A stretch of 64,000 nt of DNA. Source: Octopus vulgaris. Taxonomy: Eukaryota. This document shows positions 29,389-42,779 of this stretch, piece by piece (the stretch's first letter is position 1; the number at the start of each line of letters is the position of its first letter). The notes under the pieces were generated by a model. It did not search any database. It saw only the letters and a program-made list of their open reading frames with translations, and had not been told where the DNA came from. The position numbers and the translations under genes were made by a program. Where the stretch lies: the NCBI GenBank assembly GCA_951406725.2, contig OX597831.1:64728001-64792000 (forward strand), written 5' to 3'.

Positions 29389-31101
29389 CTGTTTGTCCAC
29401 CTAGCATTGCTTGACAACCGATGCTGGTGTGTTTATGTCCCCGTAACTTCGCGGTTCGGCAAAAGAGACCGATAGAATAAGTACTGGGCTTACAAAAGAA
29501 TAAGTCCCGGGGTCGATTTGATTGACTAAAGGCGGTGCTCCAGCCTGACTGCAGTCAAATGACTGAAACAAGTAAAAAAAAGAGTATATGAGAAGTTGAA
29601 TATTGCTGTAGTTCTGTCTTGGACAAATCTAAGCCTAATTATTGTAGTACTACGACTGACTACTGCAGTTACTTTATTTGTATTTCTTCTAACAGTATGT
29701 CAATTCCACCCAAAGCTGTTATGGTTGTGTGCTTGAGAAGTTTTCTTCCAAACCACATGGGTTTTAGGTTCGGTTCCATTGAGGTTTTTACTATATGAAG
29801 GTTAGCTGAAAAGTTCATATGCTTATCTTACATGCATTAATTTCAACTTTTCTCATTAATAACTGCATTGTTTCTCTCCAGGTAAACTGACATCTGACTG
29901 TTCAAAGAAGACTTAAAAAACAACTATTGTAACTACTCTTGAAAATGGACAAAATTTGTCATCATGATGTTATCAAGTACCTGCAGAAAAAGGGTTTAGC
30001 CTCCTATGCTTCATTAGGGAATGATGCTCCAGGTTTAACAACAATGCAAAAGTGGGCAGCTGTATTTAGGAGGGGAAGGAGAAAGAGTCTTGAAATGATC
30101 CCAGGTCTGGACATCCTGAATCTACCACCACATGATGGATGACCGGTGGTTGACTATAAATCAAATAACCAATGTATGGATGATGATGATTAGCATATCC
30201 TATGAAGGAAAGTTGAGATTACTTTGTGCATTGAACTTGGCATGATGAAGGCTTTTGCTTGGTGGGCGCCATGTCTTCTGACATCTGATCAAAAGCGCAC
30301 CAGGCTGATTACATCATGGGAAAATCTGACATTGTTTGAGGCCAGTCCAGCTGGCTTCCTTGAATGTTTCCTAAACCAGGATGAGTGTTGAATTCATCAC
30401 TTTGAACCAGAGATTAAAAGACTATGCATGCAGTAGAACCTCCTCTCCTCACCTGCTTTAAAGAAGGCAAAGGTGGTCCCATCTGCAGGTAAGCTGATGA
30501 CCTCAGTTTTTTTGGATACAAAAGGCATTGTGTTTATTGACTCTTCAAAAGGGCCACATCATCAATGGAGAGTATTATGCCAATTTATTGAGGCAGTTAT
30601 GAAAGGCTATCAAGACCAGATGCCCAGGGAAACTAATGAAAGGGGTTTTGTTTCATCAAAGCAATACTCCAGCACTCAAGTCTTTGGTTTCAATGGCTGC
30701 TGTGCATGACTGTGGCCTTGAGCTGGTTGATCACCTTCCTATTCTCTTGGGTTGGCCCCATTTGACTATTATCTGCCCCCCCACCCCACCACTGGATTAA
30801 AAAAGCACTTGGTTGGGAACCAGTATCACAGTGATGATGATATTGTATCTGCTGCTGATGACTGTTTTTGAGTAACAGGATGAAAGCTTCTGCACCAATG
30901 GAACCCAAGCACTGCAACACTGATGGAAAAAGTGTATGGAGCACAAAGGGGGAGGGGTCTATGTTAAAAAGTAAACCTCATATGGCCTCATTCCATGAGA
31001 GTATCTTGGTCAGACTATGAACTTTTCAGTTGACCTGCTTAGCCTCATGTTGACCAAAGCCTTTTGAGTTGATTTGGTCGAAGGATACTGAAGAAGTCTA
31101 T

Positions 31102-31136
<35 letters not shown>

Positions 31137-31843
31137 GTATATTTGTGTGTGTGTGTGTGTGTATTTCTATGTATGATTGTGTGAGTGAGTTCATATTTCT
31201 CTCATATTTGCTGCTTTGTAAACAATGGCTGTCTGCAAGTGTTATTGGTTTACAGTCCACTGTGTAAGGATATCCACGTTTCTTGACATGTACAATATTT
31301 GTAAGCAGAAAGGCTCATTAAACAGTGTCATCGATTTCCTGTTCTTCACATAAAACTTATCCAATCCAGTCTGTTTGATGTTCAATTGACTGAGAGATTA
31401 TTACCTTACCTGGAAACAAGTGGGAGTTAGCGACAGGAAGAGCATCCAGCTGCAGAAAACATCTACTTCAACATACTTTCATCTGACCCATGCAAGTATA
31501 GAAAAGTAGATGGTAAAATGATGATGATGTTGATCTTTATCCATGAGGAAACAGCTGTTAAATAAAACATATCAACCAGCAGAAAGACTGCCATCCAGTC
31601 ATTTTTTTGCTAGCCCCTTAATATAATTTTTATATTTTACATCTAATTATTTCTTTCTATAATAGTGCTCACTCGCTTAGTAAGTATTGCTTTTATTATT
31701 TTATCACAATCAAAATCTCTTTTTTTTAAACAAACATCACAGTAGTCCAACAACAGAGGGAGAAGCAGTTTGTCAAGTTTTACTTTCCCCTCAAAGTAAC
31801 ATTGAGATTTCAATTCAGCAGCCCTTCTGTAATCTTTGCAGTA

Positions 31844-31877
<34 letters not shown>

Positions 31878-34800
31878 TGTGGGGAGAGAGAGATTGCAAA
31901 CAAGGAATGAAATAGGCATGAAATGAAAATATCGTATAAATAAAAGGGCATTACTACAGATGTATACGCTTCCACTTTGTTGCTTCATGACATTCAGAAA
32001 AATGGCTACTTTTTAACAAAATTTTCTACAAATACCACTTAGATGTGGCTTCAGAGTAAATAGAGATTTATGAGTAAGAATTTTTCCGACAGAGTTTGAG
32101 TCAAAACGAAAGATCGCCAATAGAATAAACTGTCGGTTTTCCAAATTGCGAATGAAAACTTAATGCAATGAATACTTAAATTTGTGAGAAATTGGAGTTA
32201 AAAAATTTCAAGAAACTTGAGAAATTGAAATTATAGGAAATTTCTTAGAACATGAATTTATAAAAATATTTCCAGATGGTCAACCCTTTCAATACTTTTA
32301 GTAATTGTTACATACCTAATTAATAAGCAGCTTTCTCCATTATTATATAGATTATTTATTATGTAAACAGAAGCTTTATTTCTACAGTCAATTATACAAC
32401 AGAACACATTTTAAATTATAACATTTAAATACATGGTTGAGGACTACTTGCTCCAGTTGAGCTAGGAAGCCAGCTGCATCGAGGCCCCTTCTAATCATGT
32501 CAAGGGAATTTGCCCATGCTAAGGCTGCAGGCAGGATTCATCTACTACTATTCCACAATGACTGGTTATAAAATCAGTTAACAAATCCTATTTAGAATTA
32601 TGAAGAGCATCTTTTATATCTTTTAACTTGTAATATTTTCTGTAGAAACTGATAAAATTGGCTGCTGTTAAACGGTAACTCCTCCATTGATCAATCATGT
32701 ATTCTGGTACAATGAATGTGAAGTAAACAGCCAGTGGATTCTTACCATTTCATGACAAGGATTGTGAGCTATTCACAGATCTAATACTTTTAGCATATAG
32801 TAATACCTATTTCTTTACTACCCACAAGGGGCTAAACACAGAGAGGACAATCGATTATATCGACCCCAGTGCATAACTGGTACTTATTTAATCGAGCCCG
32901 AAAGCATGAAAGGCAAAGTCGACCTCGGCGGAATTTGAACTCAGAACGTAGCAGCAGATGAAATACTGCTATGCATTTCACCTGGCGTGCTAATGTTTCT
33001 GCCAGCTCGCCGCCTTAGCATATAGTAATACCATCTTCACTGAAATGAAATTCTATTTGGAATTCCACTAATTTTATCATCAAATGGTTCGTTGACTAAA
33101 TATGTTAATTGCCTTTCCTTTATGCTAAATATTGTCGTTTTTATAGTTAGTTTTATTTGGATAATAAATTTCTGATAATTTCATGTTTCACTTTAACTCA
33201 TCTTTAAAAAAGTAACTCAAAAGTTTTATATTCTAATTATATCATTAAATGGTAGCTGTACTCAGCCTTGCTTGAGTTTATTAAAACTAACTAAATAAAT
33301 AAACAAATAAATAATAATAATAATAATAACTACAGGCACAACTATGTAGTAAAAAGTTTACTTCTCAGTATGGTCACAGTCTAATGACTGGACTGAAACA
33401 GGTACCAGAGGTACCATCAATTTGTCAACTTTGATTTCACTTTGAAAATAAAGAAATAAACATCAACTGGTTCTAATTTTACTGTAAAAACCGTTTTACA
33501 AGACAGCCACAAGTTTAGGTATATTTTGGTATCAAATCAATCAAAAGCAAAATCAAAATCGATGACTGGCATCCGTGCTAGTGGGGTGCAAAGAGCACCA
33601 TATGAGTGTGATCATTGACAGAGCGGCTAACCGGCTTCCGTGCCAGTGGCACTTAAAAGGCACCATTCGAGCATGATCGTTACCAGCCTCCCCTTACTGG
33701 CACTTGTGCCCGTGCTAGTAGGGTGCCAAGAGCTCGAGTGTGATCGTTACCAACGTCGCCTTACTGGCACCTGTGCTAGTGGAATGTGTAAAAATATTCG
33801 AGTGAGGTCGTTGCCAGTACCGCCTGACTGGCCCCCGTGCTAGCATGGAAAGCGGATGTTAAGCGATGATGATGATGGTATGTTGTTGGAATTGGTTCCT
33901 GAATGAGTGGGAAATCTCATTACCTGTTGCTACTGCAAGGAAAATAATGGGATTCTTAAGATGTCAAAATATGAGTTATAAATTCTGTAGTTTTGACAGA
34001 GACAAAGAGTGTCAGAATGACAGACTCATCGAATAATAAGTTTCGGAACCCACATTTGGTGCTTAGCATGGAAGAACATTTAGTATTTGAATATCTCATA
34101 TTTTCTCAAGAAATATATTTTTCTCACAATGTAGATGTGACACATTGTAAAGACTGAAATCTGTTCCATTTTCAACTATTCTGGTATCTAACAAGTACAT
34201 CTATCGTATCCATTAATTTTCAAATCAAAGTACCCCTCACAATTGCAACTAAAATTTGGGTGACTGAAATGTCTTAATTCCATCAATTATGATAGAAAAG
34301 ATTTCTTTTGCAGACATTTGTTGTTATGTTTTCACAAAAGACTTTTCCATCTTCGATGACATAAAAATATTTTGTCGGAGCACTGCATCCATGCTTCCAT
34401 GCTTCCTGAGATTTGCCAACACTACACCTGATTTTCTCCCCTCCATACACACAAGCATGTATCTGACTCGTACATTGTTCTCTTTCCAGACATTTGTACA
34501 TTACTGCATATACTTTATACGCACTTTCTGACAAGTTGTGGTGCGCCTGAGCACTGTATACAATAATTTCATTATTATTATTATTATTATTTGGTTATTT
34601 TCATTGATTGTTTTCATCAATCTTACTGTCCAGAAATGTTCATGATATTGTCAGATCAGTGTTTGCAAAGGGAATATCATTTATATTCAGTAAAATAGCC
34701 AACCCATGTCAAGACATTTCTTAATGTTCTAAAACTAATTACCACTTTCTTAATTTTCTTAGGTGGATTTGTTTGTATCCAGCTTATATCAACAGCAAAA

Positions 34801-35346
34801 AAACTTCTAAAGAAGGTCGGAGAATTCCAAAAGAAAAGGTATTGAATTATTTAATATTAACACCTTTATGTATGATATGAATGATGAGATATAATTAAAT
34901 ATCTATGAATTATATTCTCTCAGTACAATTCTGGTGTTTGAAGCCTGATGACTTTTATTCCTTTCACTTCTTATTGATATAGATGTGACTAATGTAAATG
35001 CTGTGTGCATAAATTCTTCAGTTTTTACAACTAAGTGCTACTCTTACATCATTCAATTTTCCAACAAGGAACCTTCACCCAAAACCAACCATGATGCCTG
35101 TGGTTAAAGATTGAACGACTCTACATTATCCCAAGCATTAGGCCTCATACCTACTTTGTATGTGTATATATGTATATATATGTGTGTCGTGGCTGTGTGG
35201 TAAATAGCTTGCTTACCAACCACATATGGTTCCGGGTTCAGTTTCACTGCATGACACTTTGAGCAAGTTTCTTCTACTGTAGCCTTGGGCCAACCAAAGC
35301 CTTGTGAGTGGATTTGGTAAACGGAAACTGAAAGAAGCCTGTCATA

Positions 35347-35397
<51 letters not shown>

Positions 35398-38300
35398 ATA
35401 TATATATACACACGCACACACATCTTTGTGTGTCTGTGTTTGTCCCCCCCCCACCATCGTTTGACAACTGGTGTTGGTGTGTTTATGTCCCCATAACTTA
35501 GCAGTTCCGCAAAAAGAGACCAATGGAGTAAGACACTAGGCTTACAAAGAATAAGTCCTGGGGTTGATTTCTTTGAGTGAAGGCAGTGCTCCAGCATGGC
35601 TGCAGTCGAGTGGCTGAAACAAGTAAGAGGATATATATAAATATATGTGTATGTGTATATAAACTCTGTCAAATGTCAGGTGGGATACCTAGACGTAGTT
35701 GATTGCTTCTGTTAGCTAGTTGACCAAGTCAGCAGTGAAGGCAGATGCTCCGAGAGCATAGCTGGTAGAATAAGAACAGGCTGGACAAAGTTCAGAGAGC
35801 TTCTACCTTTGTTGGTAACTAATTCTAATTACTGTTTAAAAAGAAAGGAAAAAGGTTAAGCTCAATTTCAGGCTAAAATACTGGCTCTTCCATTATCTTT
35901 AGATAAAAATTACATTGCAATAAATATTTCCATTAATAATTGTGTGGTAAGTAGCTTTTTCACCAACCACATGGTTCCGGGTTCAGTCCCACTGCGTGGC
36001 ACCTTGGGCAAGTGTCTTTTACTATAGCCTCGGGCCGACCAAAGCCTTGTAAGTGGATTTGGTAGATGAAAACTGAAAGAAGCCCATCGTATATATGTAT
36101 ATATATATATGTGTGTGTGCGTGTGTGTGTCTGTGTTTGTCCCCCCAACATCGCTTGACAACCGATGCTGGTGTGTTTCCGTCCCCGTAACTTAGCAGTT
36201 CGGCAAAAGAGACCGATAGAATAAGTACTAGGCTTACAAGGAATAAGTCTTGGGGTCGATTTGCTCGACTAAAGGCGGTGCCCCAGCATGGCCACAGTCG
36301 AATGACTGAAACAAGTAAAAGAGTAAAAGAATAAAGAGTATTCCATACAACACGGTTGATCAGGAAATAGAAAATGTTGCATTAATCTTGTATATACTAA
36401 CTTGATACAATGTTGGTATGAAGAAAGGGATTTTTTAAATCATTCTTTAACAGATATAGTTTAAACATATCCTGTTGATAATTACACATCTCTTTATTAG
36501 TCTTTTAATTAGTCCTATTGTTTTGATTTATTTGAAATTATTTTCTCTTTCATCTAGGCTGTTGATAATCCGACTTTTATAGAAATCCGAGATGTGTGTG
36601 CAGCTGCTGGAATGACTATAGCACCAGAAGTAATTTAATTTTTATCAATATTATATAAAGAGTTCGTTTCTATTTTAATCTCTGGCTGTTGCCGTTTCTC
36701 AGCATTTGTTTTATTTAGCAGTTTCTTTTTGTGTAATTCCTACTATTGACGACTGGGTTTTTAACTGGAGATTTACACTTAAATATATATAGTGTTCAGC
36801 TTTTAAATTTCATGGTAAACATTTTCTCAGAGAATTTTATCAATCACTTCTAATTATTCATCTAGACAATAGAAGCCTTAAAATTCAATTGTCATTCAGA
36901 CTTCACTAATTGTAAATCCTTTTATATATTTAGTGCTTCAACTTGTAACAATTCTTTATTAAATTTTCAGGATCTTTTCGGTTTGAACAGCAGTTTTTTC
37001 TTGCGGTGTCATATGAAATTGTCACCCATAATTATGACCCTTTTGCATTTCAATCTGTTTTAGGGTTGGGGGAGGGTATCTTTTTTTTCTTCAGAAATGT
37101 AAATAAACCCAATCTGTTTCTTAAACGAGGGACATATTCATACGGCACAGAATGCTTTTTACCTCAATAGATGTCAGTGATTGGTTGAAATTGCAGAAAT
37201 TGAAGAAAAAAAAACAACAAATATCTTACAAACTATAGAATTTTCTCAATAAAGCCAAGAGAAAAAGATGTTTTATAAACACATTCTACCAGTATACAAA
37301 GTTTAAATTTTTTAGTTACCTAGAAATTATGTTAAAAACTGCCGTTCAAACCGAAGAGATCCAATTTTCAAAATCAGGAGCTTACTGATGTTTCTCTTGA
37401 AACAATCTATGAATTGCAAAACAGATGCTGCATGAATAGCAAAGACTTTATAATTGAATATACAGGGTGTCCTCGAATTAATTATCTATTTCAGTGAAAT
37501 CAGACAATTTTTTAAAAAACTCACTTTCATTTATGTTCATCATGTTTGATATGTATTAAAAGTGTATAAAATTTTAATTTTGTTTATAATTTTATTTTCA
37601 TAATTTTATTTTTATAATATTATTTTCATTCCTGTTGGATCCTGCTTATTTGTTCACAACAGCTTTTTTTTTTCAATTTAGCTGCAATTATTTTCTGTAT
37701 TTCCATCCTCAGGATGGAACAATAGTTTAGCTTAATTTGAAGAACATGGAGATAACTCCTGAAATGCTTCAAAATGTGTTTTGTAACACTAAGTATAGAT
37801 TTGAAATTTTTAGGGATACAGACGGAACACATATTGAAAAGTTTCACTAAAATTTCGACCTAAGATTTATAAATCTATTTGTTTTGGTATAATAATTAAT
37901 AATAGGCGCAGGAGTAGCTGTGTGGTAAGTAGCTTGCTTGCCAACCACATGGCTCTGGGTTCAGTCCCATTGCGTGGCACCTTGGGCAAGTGTCTTCTAC
38001 TATAGCCTCGGGCCGACCAAAGCCTTGTGAGTGGATTTGGTAGACGGAAACTGAAAGAAGCCCGTCGTATATATGTATATATATATATGTGTGTGTGTGC
38101 ATTTGTGTGTCTGTGTTTGTTTCCCCAACATCGCTTGACAACCGGTGCTGGTGTGTTTCCGTCCCCGTAACTTAGCGGTTCGGCAAAAGAGACCGATAGA
38201 ATAAGTACTAGGCTTACAAAGAATAAGTCCTGGGATCGATTTGCTCGACCAAAGGTGGTGCTCCAGCATGGCTGCAGTCAAATGACTGAAACAAGTAAAA

Positions 38301-41300
38301 GAGTAAACATAAAATTCTCTCAGATTTTTTAAAATTTGCCTGATTTCATTGAAATAGTTAATTCTGGGACACCCTGTATAGTACTGAAACAATTTTCTTG
38401 AAATACATGCATTGGTTCAAGAAAAATATCTAAGAACATGATCATACAAATCCTCTTAATTATAAAAACTAAGAAACTATATTTAAGTGGTGAAGAACTT
38501 GTGTTGCTAATGTCAGATACAACCATAGACCCTAACCCTAAAACAGATTGAAATGCAATAGATCGATACTAGGGTCATAATTATGGGTGACAATTTCATA
38601 TGACACTGCTAGAAAAAACTGCCGTTCGAACCAAAAAGATCCGTAATTTCTTATGTATCCTCATGATGAGAATCCTTATTGCTTGTCTGAAGTCTTCTCT
38701 GTCAAGCTACCAGAAATACCACTACTCAGTATTGCAGTTCTACCTATTAGTTCCCACATATCAAGGCGCGTCTTGGATTTTGTTCACTCTTCTTTAGAAT
38801 CTACTGGCATAGAAATTAGATTTATAAAACAAATTTGCCATGACTACACTTTAGAGGAAGAATATTTTTTGAGATTTGTAATCTAAGACATTGAAATGTT
38901 TGTACCCCTGCTAGCTTTAATTTTAATCCTTTTCTATAAAATGTTGTGATTCGTCCAAATCCATTTGGATGCTAAGCTGATACTAGTCAACCTCTTTTTA
39001 GCCAGATCTTTTCTTTATGTTTAGACTAAAGTGTATCCCCGTGAACTTGACCATCGTGATAATAAAGCCCTGGGACGCCTCCGTATTCAACTGAAGCAGG
39101 AAGATGGGTCAGCAGTACAAGAAGAATTCAAAACTAGTGAGTTGTCTCCCTTGTTTTATTTTGTATCTTTTTTTAACCACAATTATTGAGAAACATTTTG
39201 AGGTTTTGTTTTGTTTTGTTTTCATCAATCTTGTTTAAAGCTGGGGAGAGTGCTTCGACATTTTTAATTAAATTTGTGATTGAATGATCTTTTCAGTTAG
39301 CATAGGTATTTAATTGAATTATTTAGGCATAATCAGATGAAGGAGAAGAGATATTTCCTTTAATGTATATAAAAGATAGAGGATAAAAAAGACAAATTCA
39401 GTGGAGCAAAGCCTGTTGTGGTAATGGCAGGAGGTTTGCTCAGGAGTGGGTTAGTCTGGATTTTGTTACATATGAAAGGCAGTACTCCCTTAAAGCCACT
39501 GATTTTAATTAATGATCCATAGCAGTAATTGTGCAGTTACTGTTAACTGTAAATCAATCTCTAATGAATTTGTAATTTAAAATTCGTTAAATTCTTAACT
39601 TCAGTCAATGTTGTTTCTTGAGTTTTATTTCTTTTCATATCACCAATGGCAACAACATTTAATTATTCATTTTATATCAAATTACATTACCCCCCCACTC
39701 TCTCAATGTCAGTGTAGTAGTCTAACTAAAGGGAAAAAAAACAAAACACAAAGGTGTAAATAGTATTGTTCTTATGTTTGTGTTACTTGTTCTGTTACAT
39801 CAGGATTTTTATTTCTTTTTGAGCTCCCACTTCATTTCTTTACTGTATATTATGAAATGTCTTTTCCTCATCATCATCATTTAACCCTTTTGTTACCAAC
39901 CTGGCTGAAACAGGCTCTGGCTATAAATGTCCTGTTTTCATAAGTTTTGAATTAAAATCTTCCACCAAACCTTAGTCGCAATTTATGTTCCTAACACTAG
40001 CTGAATGATGACTAAGTTATTTTACTAAATTCTTTGTTATATTTAAAGTAACTGAAAGAAATACAGAGCATTTCAAAATAAATACACTAATAAAAGGGTT
40101 AACATCCGCTTTCCATGCTAGCATAGGTTGGACGATTTTGACTGAGGGCTGGCGAACCAGATGGCTGCACCAGAGTTTCTACGGCTGGATGCCCTTCCTA
40201 ACGCCACCCACTCCGAGAGTGTAGTGGGTGCTTTTTATGTGCCACCGGCATGGGAGCCAGTCAGGCGGTACTGGCAACGACCTTGTTCAAATCTTTTTTA
40301 CACATGTCACCGGCACAGGTGTCAGTAAGGCAATGCTGATGACAATCACACTTGAATGGTGCTCTTAGCAGCCTACTAGCATGGGCACAAGTGCCAGTAA
40401 GGCGACGCTGGTAATGATCACACTTGAATGGTGCCTTTTGTTTTTAATAATTTAACTTAATGGTTGCTATCAGGAAGTAGTCAAAATAAATGTCAAAATT
40501 TGCATGTCAGCATGGTGTAACACATTTTAGCAAGGAAAATTGAATGTAAAAGTACTTTAAAAGATAACTTTGAAAAGATATTCCTGTCAACTGATTTCTA
40601 TAGACTACAATGACTATTTTAACTCTATGATATAGTAGCAGAAATAATTTGTTTGAATACACAGGATCTACTGTAAAATAGACCTGCCAAAACTAATAAC
40701 TTTGTCCATTTAAATTATCTCTATATATAAACGGCAAAATATCTGTCTGTGTGTGTGTGTGTGTGCATGTCCTTTATACAAATCCACAATTTTTCAGTTA
40801 GAGGCCTCGCACTTTCTATGGTCATTCAAAACCGTCCAAGGGTGGTCGTGCACATCTTTACATTTCCCCAATCACCCAGCAAAGCCATTAAAAAATCAAT
40901 AGAAGTGACTTTTTTGTGAATTTTCTATCCAAAACCCAATCAAAATGCCCGAAACTTGATACGCCAATTGAATGCCAGCTAGCTGTATGTGATTGGTCGG
41001 AGATTTGGACAGTACTCGCGTGTATGTGTGCATGCACACAGCTGTATATGCATGCACTAGCATTATGACCTGGTAACGCTGGGTCATTGTGCTAGTCACA
41101 AATAAAATGTTATCAAAGCTAGCGTTCTGAACTAGTTGGCCAAATAAAGTGGCTTATTTTGGCTTGCAGGAGGGTTGAACTCACGACTACAAATTAATAA
41201 ACCACTTGCTAATTATACTACTCTGCCTCTGTAAATACCATTGGCATTTCCTTCTTCCACAGTATCTATCGACAGTTATATTGACAGCTATTTTAGAGTG

Positions 41301-42163
41301 AAAATATGCATCATTGATTTAATTTCAGCAGTAGGATAGAAACTGCTAACTTCTTGGCTAGTTGTTCAAAAGTTTTACCACTCTGTGTTCCTGGGAATTT
41401 TTATATTAGATAGAAAATGTAAAAGAGTCTAAGGAATCTGGATAATTTTAGTTTGTCCAGAATTGCTTCCAAATTCATTTTAATGTATATTCCATTCTGC
41501 ATTTCAAAACATATGTCATCATAAATATGGGATCTTTTTGGTTTGAACGGCAGTTTTTAACATAATTTCTAGGTAACTAAAAAATTTTAAACTTCGTATA
41601 CTGGTAGAATTTGTTTATAAAACATCTTTTTTCTCGGCTTTATTGAGAAAATTCTATAGTTTGTAAGATATTTGTTGCTTTTTTTCTTCAATTTCTGCAA
41701 TTTCAACCAATCACTGACGTCTATTGAGTTAAAAAGCATTCTGTGCCGTATGAATATGTCTCTCATTTAAGAAACAGATTGGGTTTATTTACATTTCTGA
41801 AGAAAAAAAGATACCCTTTCCCCCATCCCTAACCCTAACCCAGATTGAAATGCAATAGATCGATTCTAGGGTCATAATTATGGGTGACAATTTCATATGA
41901 CACCGCTAGAAAAAACTGCCGTTCAAACCGAAAAGATCCTAAATATGTATAAATGTATGTTAATATATCTACTCTTCAATCAGTATGTCATAGCACATGT
42001 AATTTTTATATTTTGTTGATTTTTAGGGAATGATATTTTCTTGTATGTTGCCAAAACTATTCCAAAGCTGAAGACCCGGCAGCAATCTCAGTCAAGCTCT
42101 CAATCTTCTAGTCAACTACCAGGTGGTAAAGGACCGAAGAAAAAAGGAAAAAAAGGACGTTAA
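27342..42163 (+). CDS. SRP19: Signal recognition particle 19 kDa protein, complete 5-exon CDS, 162 aa
   Basis: Join of 27342-27433, 34763-34838, 36558-36629, 39025-39136, 42027-42163 (489 nt, GT-AG introns, phases consistent). SRP19 motifs RWICLYPAYINSKKT..EGRRIP, AVDNPT..EIRDVC, GRLRIQLKQEDGS, IPKLKTR and a Lys-rich tail. Confidence 0.96.
28175..28385. repeat. Near-perfect palindrome / hairpin element
   Basis: ~95-100-bp arms with a short loop (aaattgctattaaa). Confidence 0.85.
28707..28932. mobile_element. MITE family A, truncated copy
   Basis: One TIR plus half of the internal sequence. Confidence 0.8.
29177..29586 (+). mobile_element. tRNA-derived SINE family 1 (internal TA/TG microsatellite)
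   Basis: A-box tggctgtgtggt, B-box ggttcagtccc, central cttgggcaagtgtctt. Other copies: 14505-14885, 24466-25052 (-), 35188-35630, 35941-36339, 37904-38306; partial at 49133-49300 and 16260-16520 (-). Confidence 0.85.
29795..31040 (+). mobile_element. Degenerate near-full-length mariner element, inserted into a SINE
   Basis: TIRs (ggttagctgaaaagttcata / tatgaacttttcagttgacc); transposase remnants VIKYLQKKGL, QKWAAVFRRGR, PSAGKLMTSVFLDTKGIVFID, with frameshifts and stops. Confidence 0.85.
32808..33014 (-). mobile_element. SINE family 2 copy
   Basis: 18-bp TSD ttagcatatagtaatacc. Confidence 0.85.
34763..34838 (+). CDS. SRP19: SRP19 exon 2
   Basis: WICLYPAYINSKKTSKEGRRIPKEK. Confidence 0.96.
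35941..36339 (+). mobile_element. SINE family 1 copy
   Basis: High identity to 29177-29586 and 37904-38306. Confidence 0.85.
36558..36629 (+). CDS. SRP19: SRP19 exon 3
   Basis: AVDNPTFIEIRDVCAAAGMTIAPE. Confidence 0.95.
36970..37362. mobile_element. MITE family A copy
   Basis: Both TIRs; 8-bp TSD aattttca. Confidence 0.88.
37463..38376. mobile_element. Tc1/mariner-type non-autonomous element carrying a nested SINE
   Basis: TA|CAGGGTGTCC ~50-bp TIRs ...GGACACCCTG|TA. Confidence 0.75.
37904..38306 (+). mobile_element. SINE family 1 copy
   Basis: Full length; nested in a Tc1-type element. Confidence 0.85.
38530..38642. mobile_element. MITE family A, truncated copy
   Basis: Starts at the ccctaaccctaa motif and ends in the TIR. 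Confidence 0.8.
39025..39136 (+). CDS. SRP19: SRP19 exon 4
   Basis: TKVYPRELDHRDNKALGRLRIQLKQEDGSAVQEEFKT. Confidence 0.95.
39885..40098. mobile_element. piggyBac-type MITE inserted into an RTE 3' tail
   Basis: TTAA|CCCTTT...AAAGGG|TTAA; a truncated relative lies at 1017-1176. Confidence 0.8.
40718..41095 (+). mobile_element. Non-autonomous Helitron
   Basis: A|TCTCTATATATAAA 5' end; subterminal hairpin atgacctgg-taacg-ctgggtcat; CTAG|T 3' end; no TSD. Confidence 0.75.
41530..41939. mobile_element. MITE family A copy
   Basis: Both TIRs; 8-bp TSD taaatatg. Confidence 0.88.
42027..42163 (+). CDS. SRP19: SRP19 exon 5
   Basis: NDIFLYVAKTIPKLKTRQQSQ...KKKGKKGR then TAA. Confidence 0.95.
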
Positions 42164-42184
42164 TTACTGGCCATAATTTATGAT

Positions 42185-42190
42185 AATAAA
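42185..42190 (+). terminator. Candidate SRP19 polyadenylation signal
   Basis: AATAAA about 20 nt after the stop codon. Confidence 0.5.
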
Positions 42191-42779
42191 GCTGAATTAA
42201 ATTTAATTAACAAGTATCATGTAAAAGTTATTACTTTAACCTGATAATTTCTCTTATTTGATTAAATTAATTAGTGATAGATTTTGTAATTATCAAAAAA
42301 AAAACCCACACTTCTTTTGTATTCCATGTTTCCACATAAACTTTTTTTTCAGCAAATATTTGAAATATTTTATATGCTTAATTTCATCTCTCTAATATGG
42401 TTTATCTCTCTGAGGTTAAGAAAATAAGTAGCAGTAAAATCCTGGGGTTTACTTCCTCTTCTGTAACCCTTCCCCATGTCATATCTTTGTTCCTAAGTTC
42501 AAAGTTCTTATTTCACACTCACTTTAAAAATTAGACATAACAATAAATGTGAAACTTCAAAACAAAGTTGTTTGAATGTTTCTGTTTTTAATTCACAAAT
42601 ATTAGATATTTTAATGTAACAAGGTCACTTTTCCTGTTGGTCTAAATACAATGCACACACAGGTACACACATACACACACATAAAGGTGTGTATGCTAGT
42701 AGTCTTTCTTGGCTATTTTGTCTTGTATAGATGAAACTTTACTCGTCAACTAAGTGTCATTTTCTGCTGGCTGGTGCAA

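Noticed and set aside
38663-38760. C/D box snoRNA in an SRP19 intron
   Set aside because: A C box and one CTGA are present, but there is no terminal stem or properly spaced D box.
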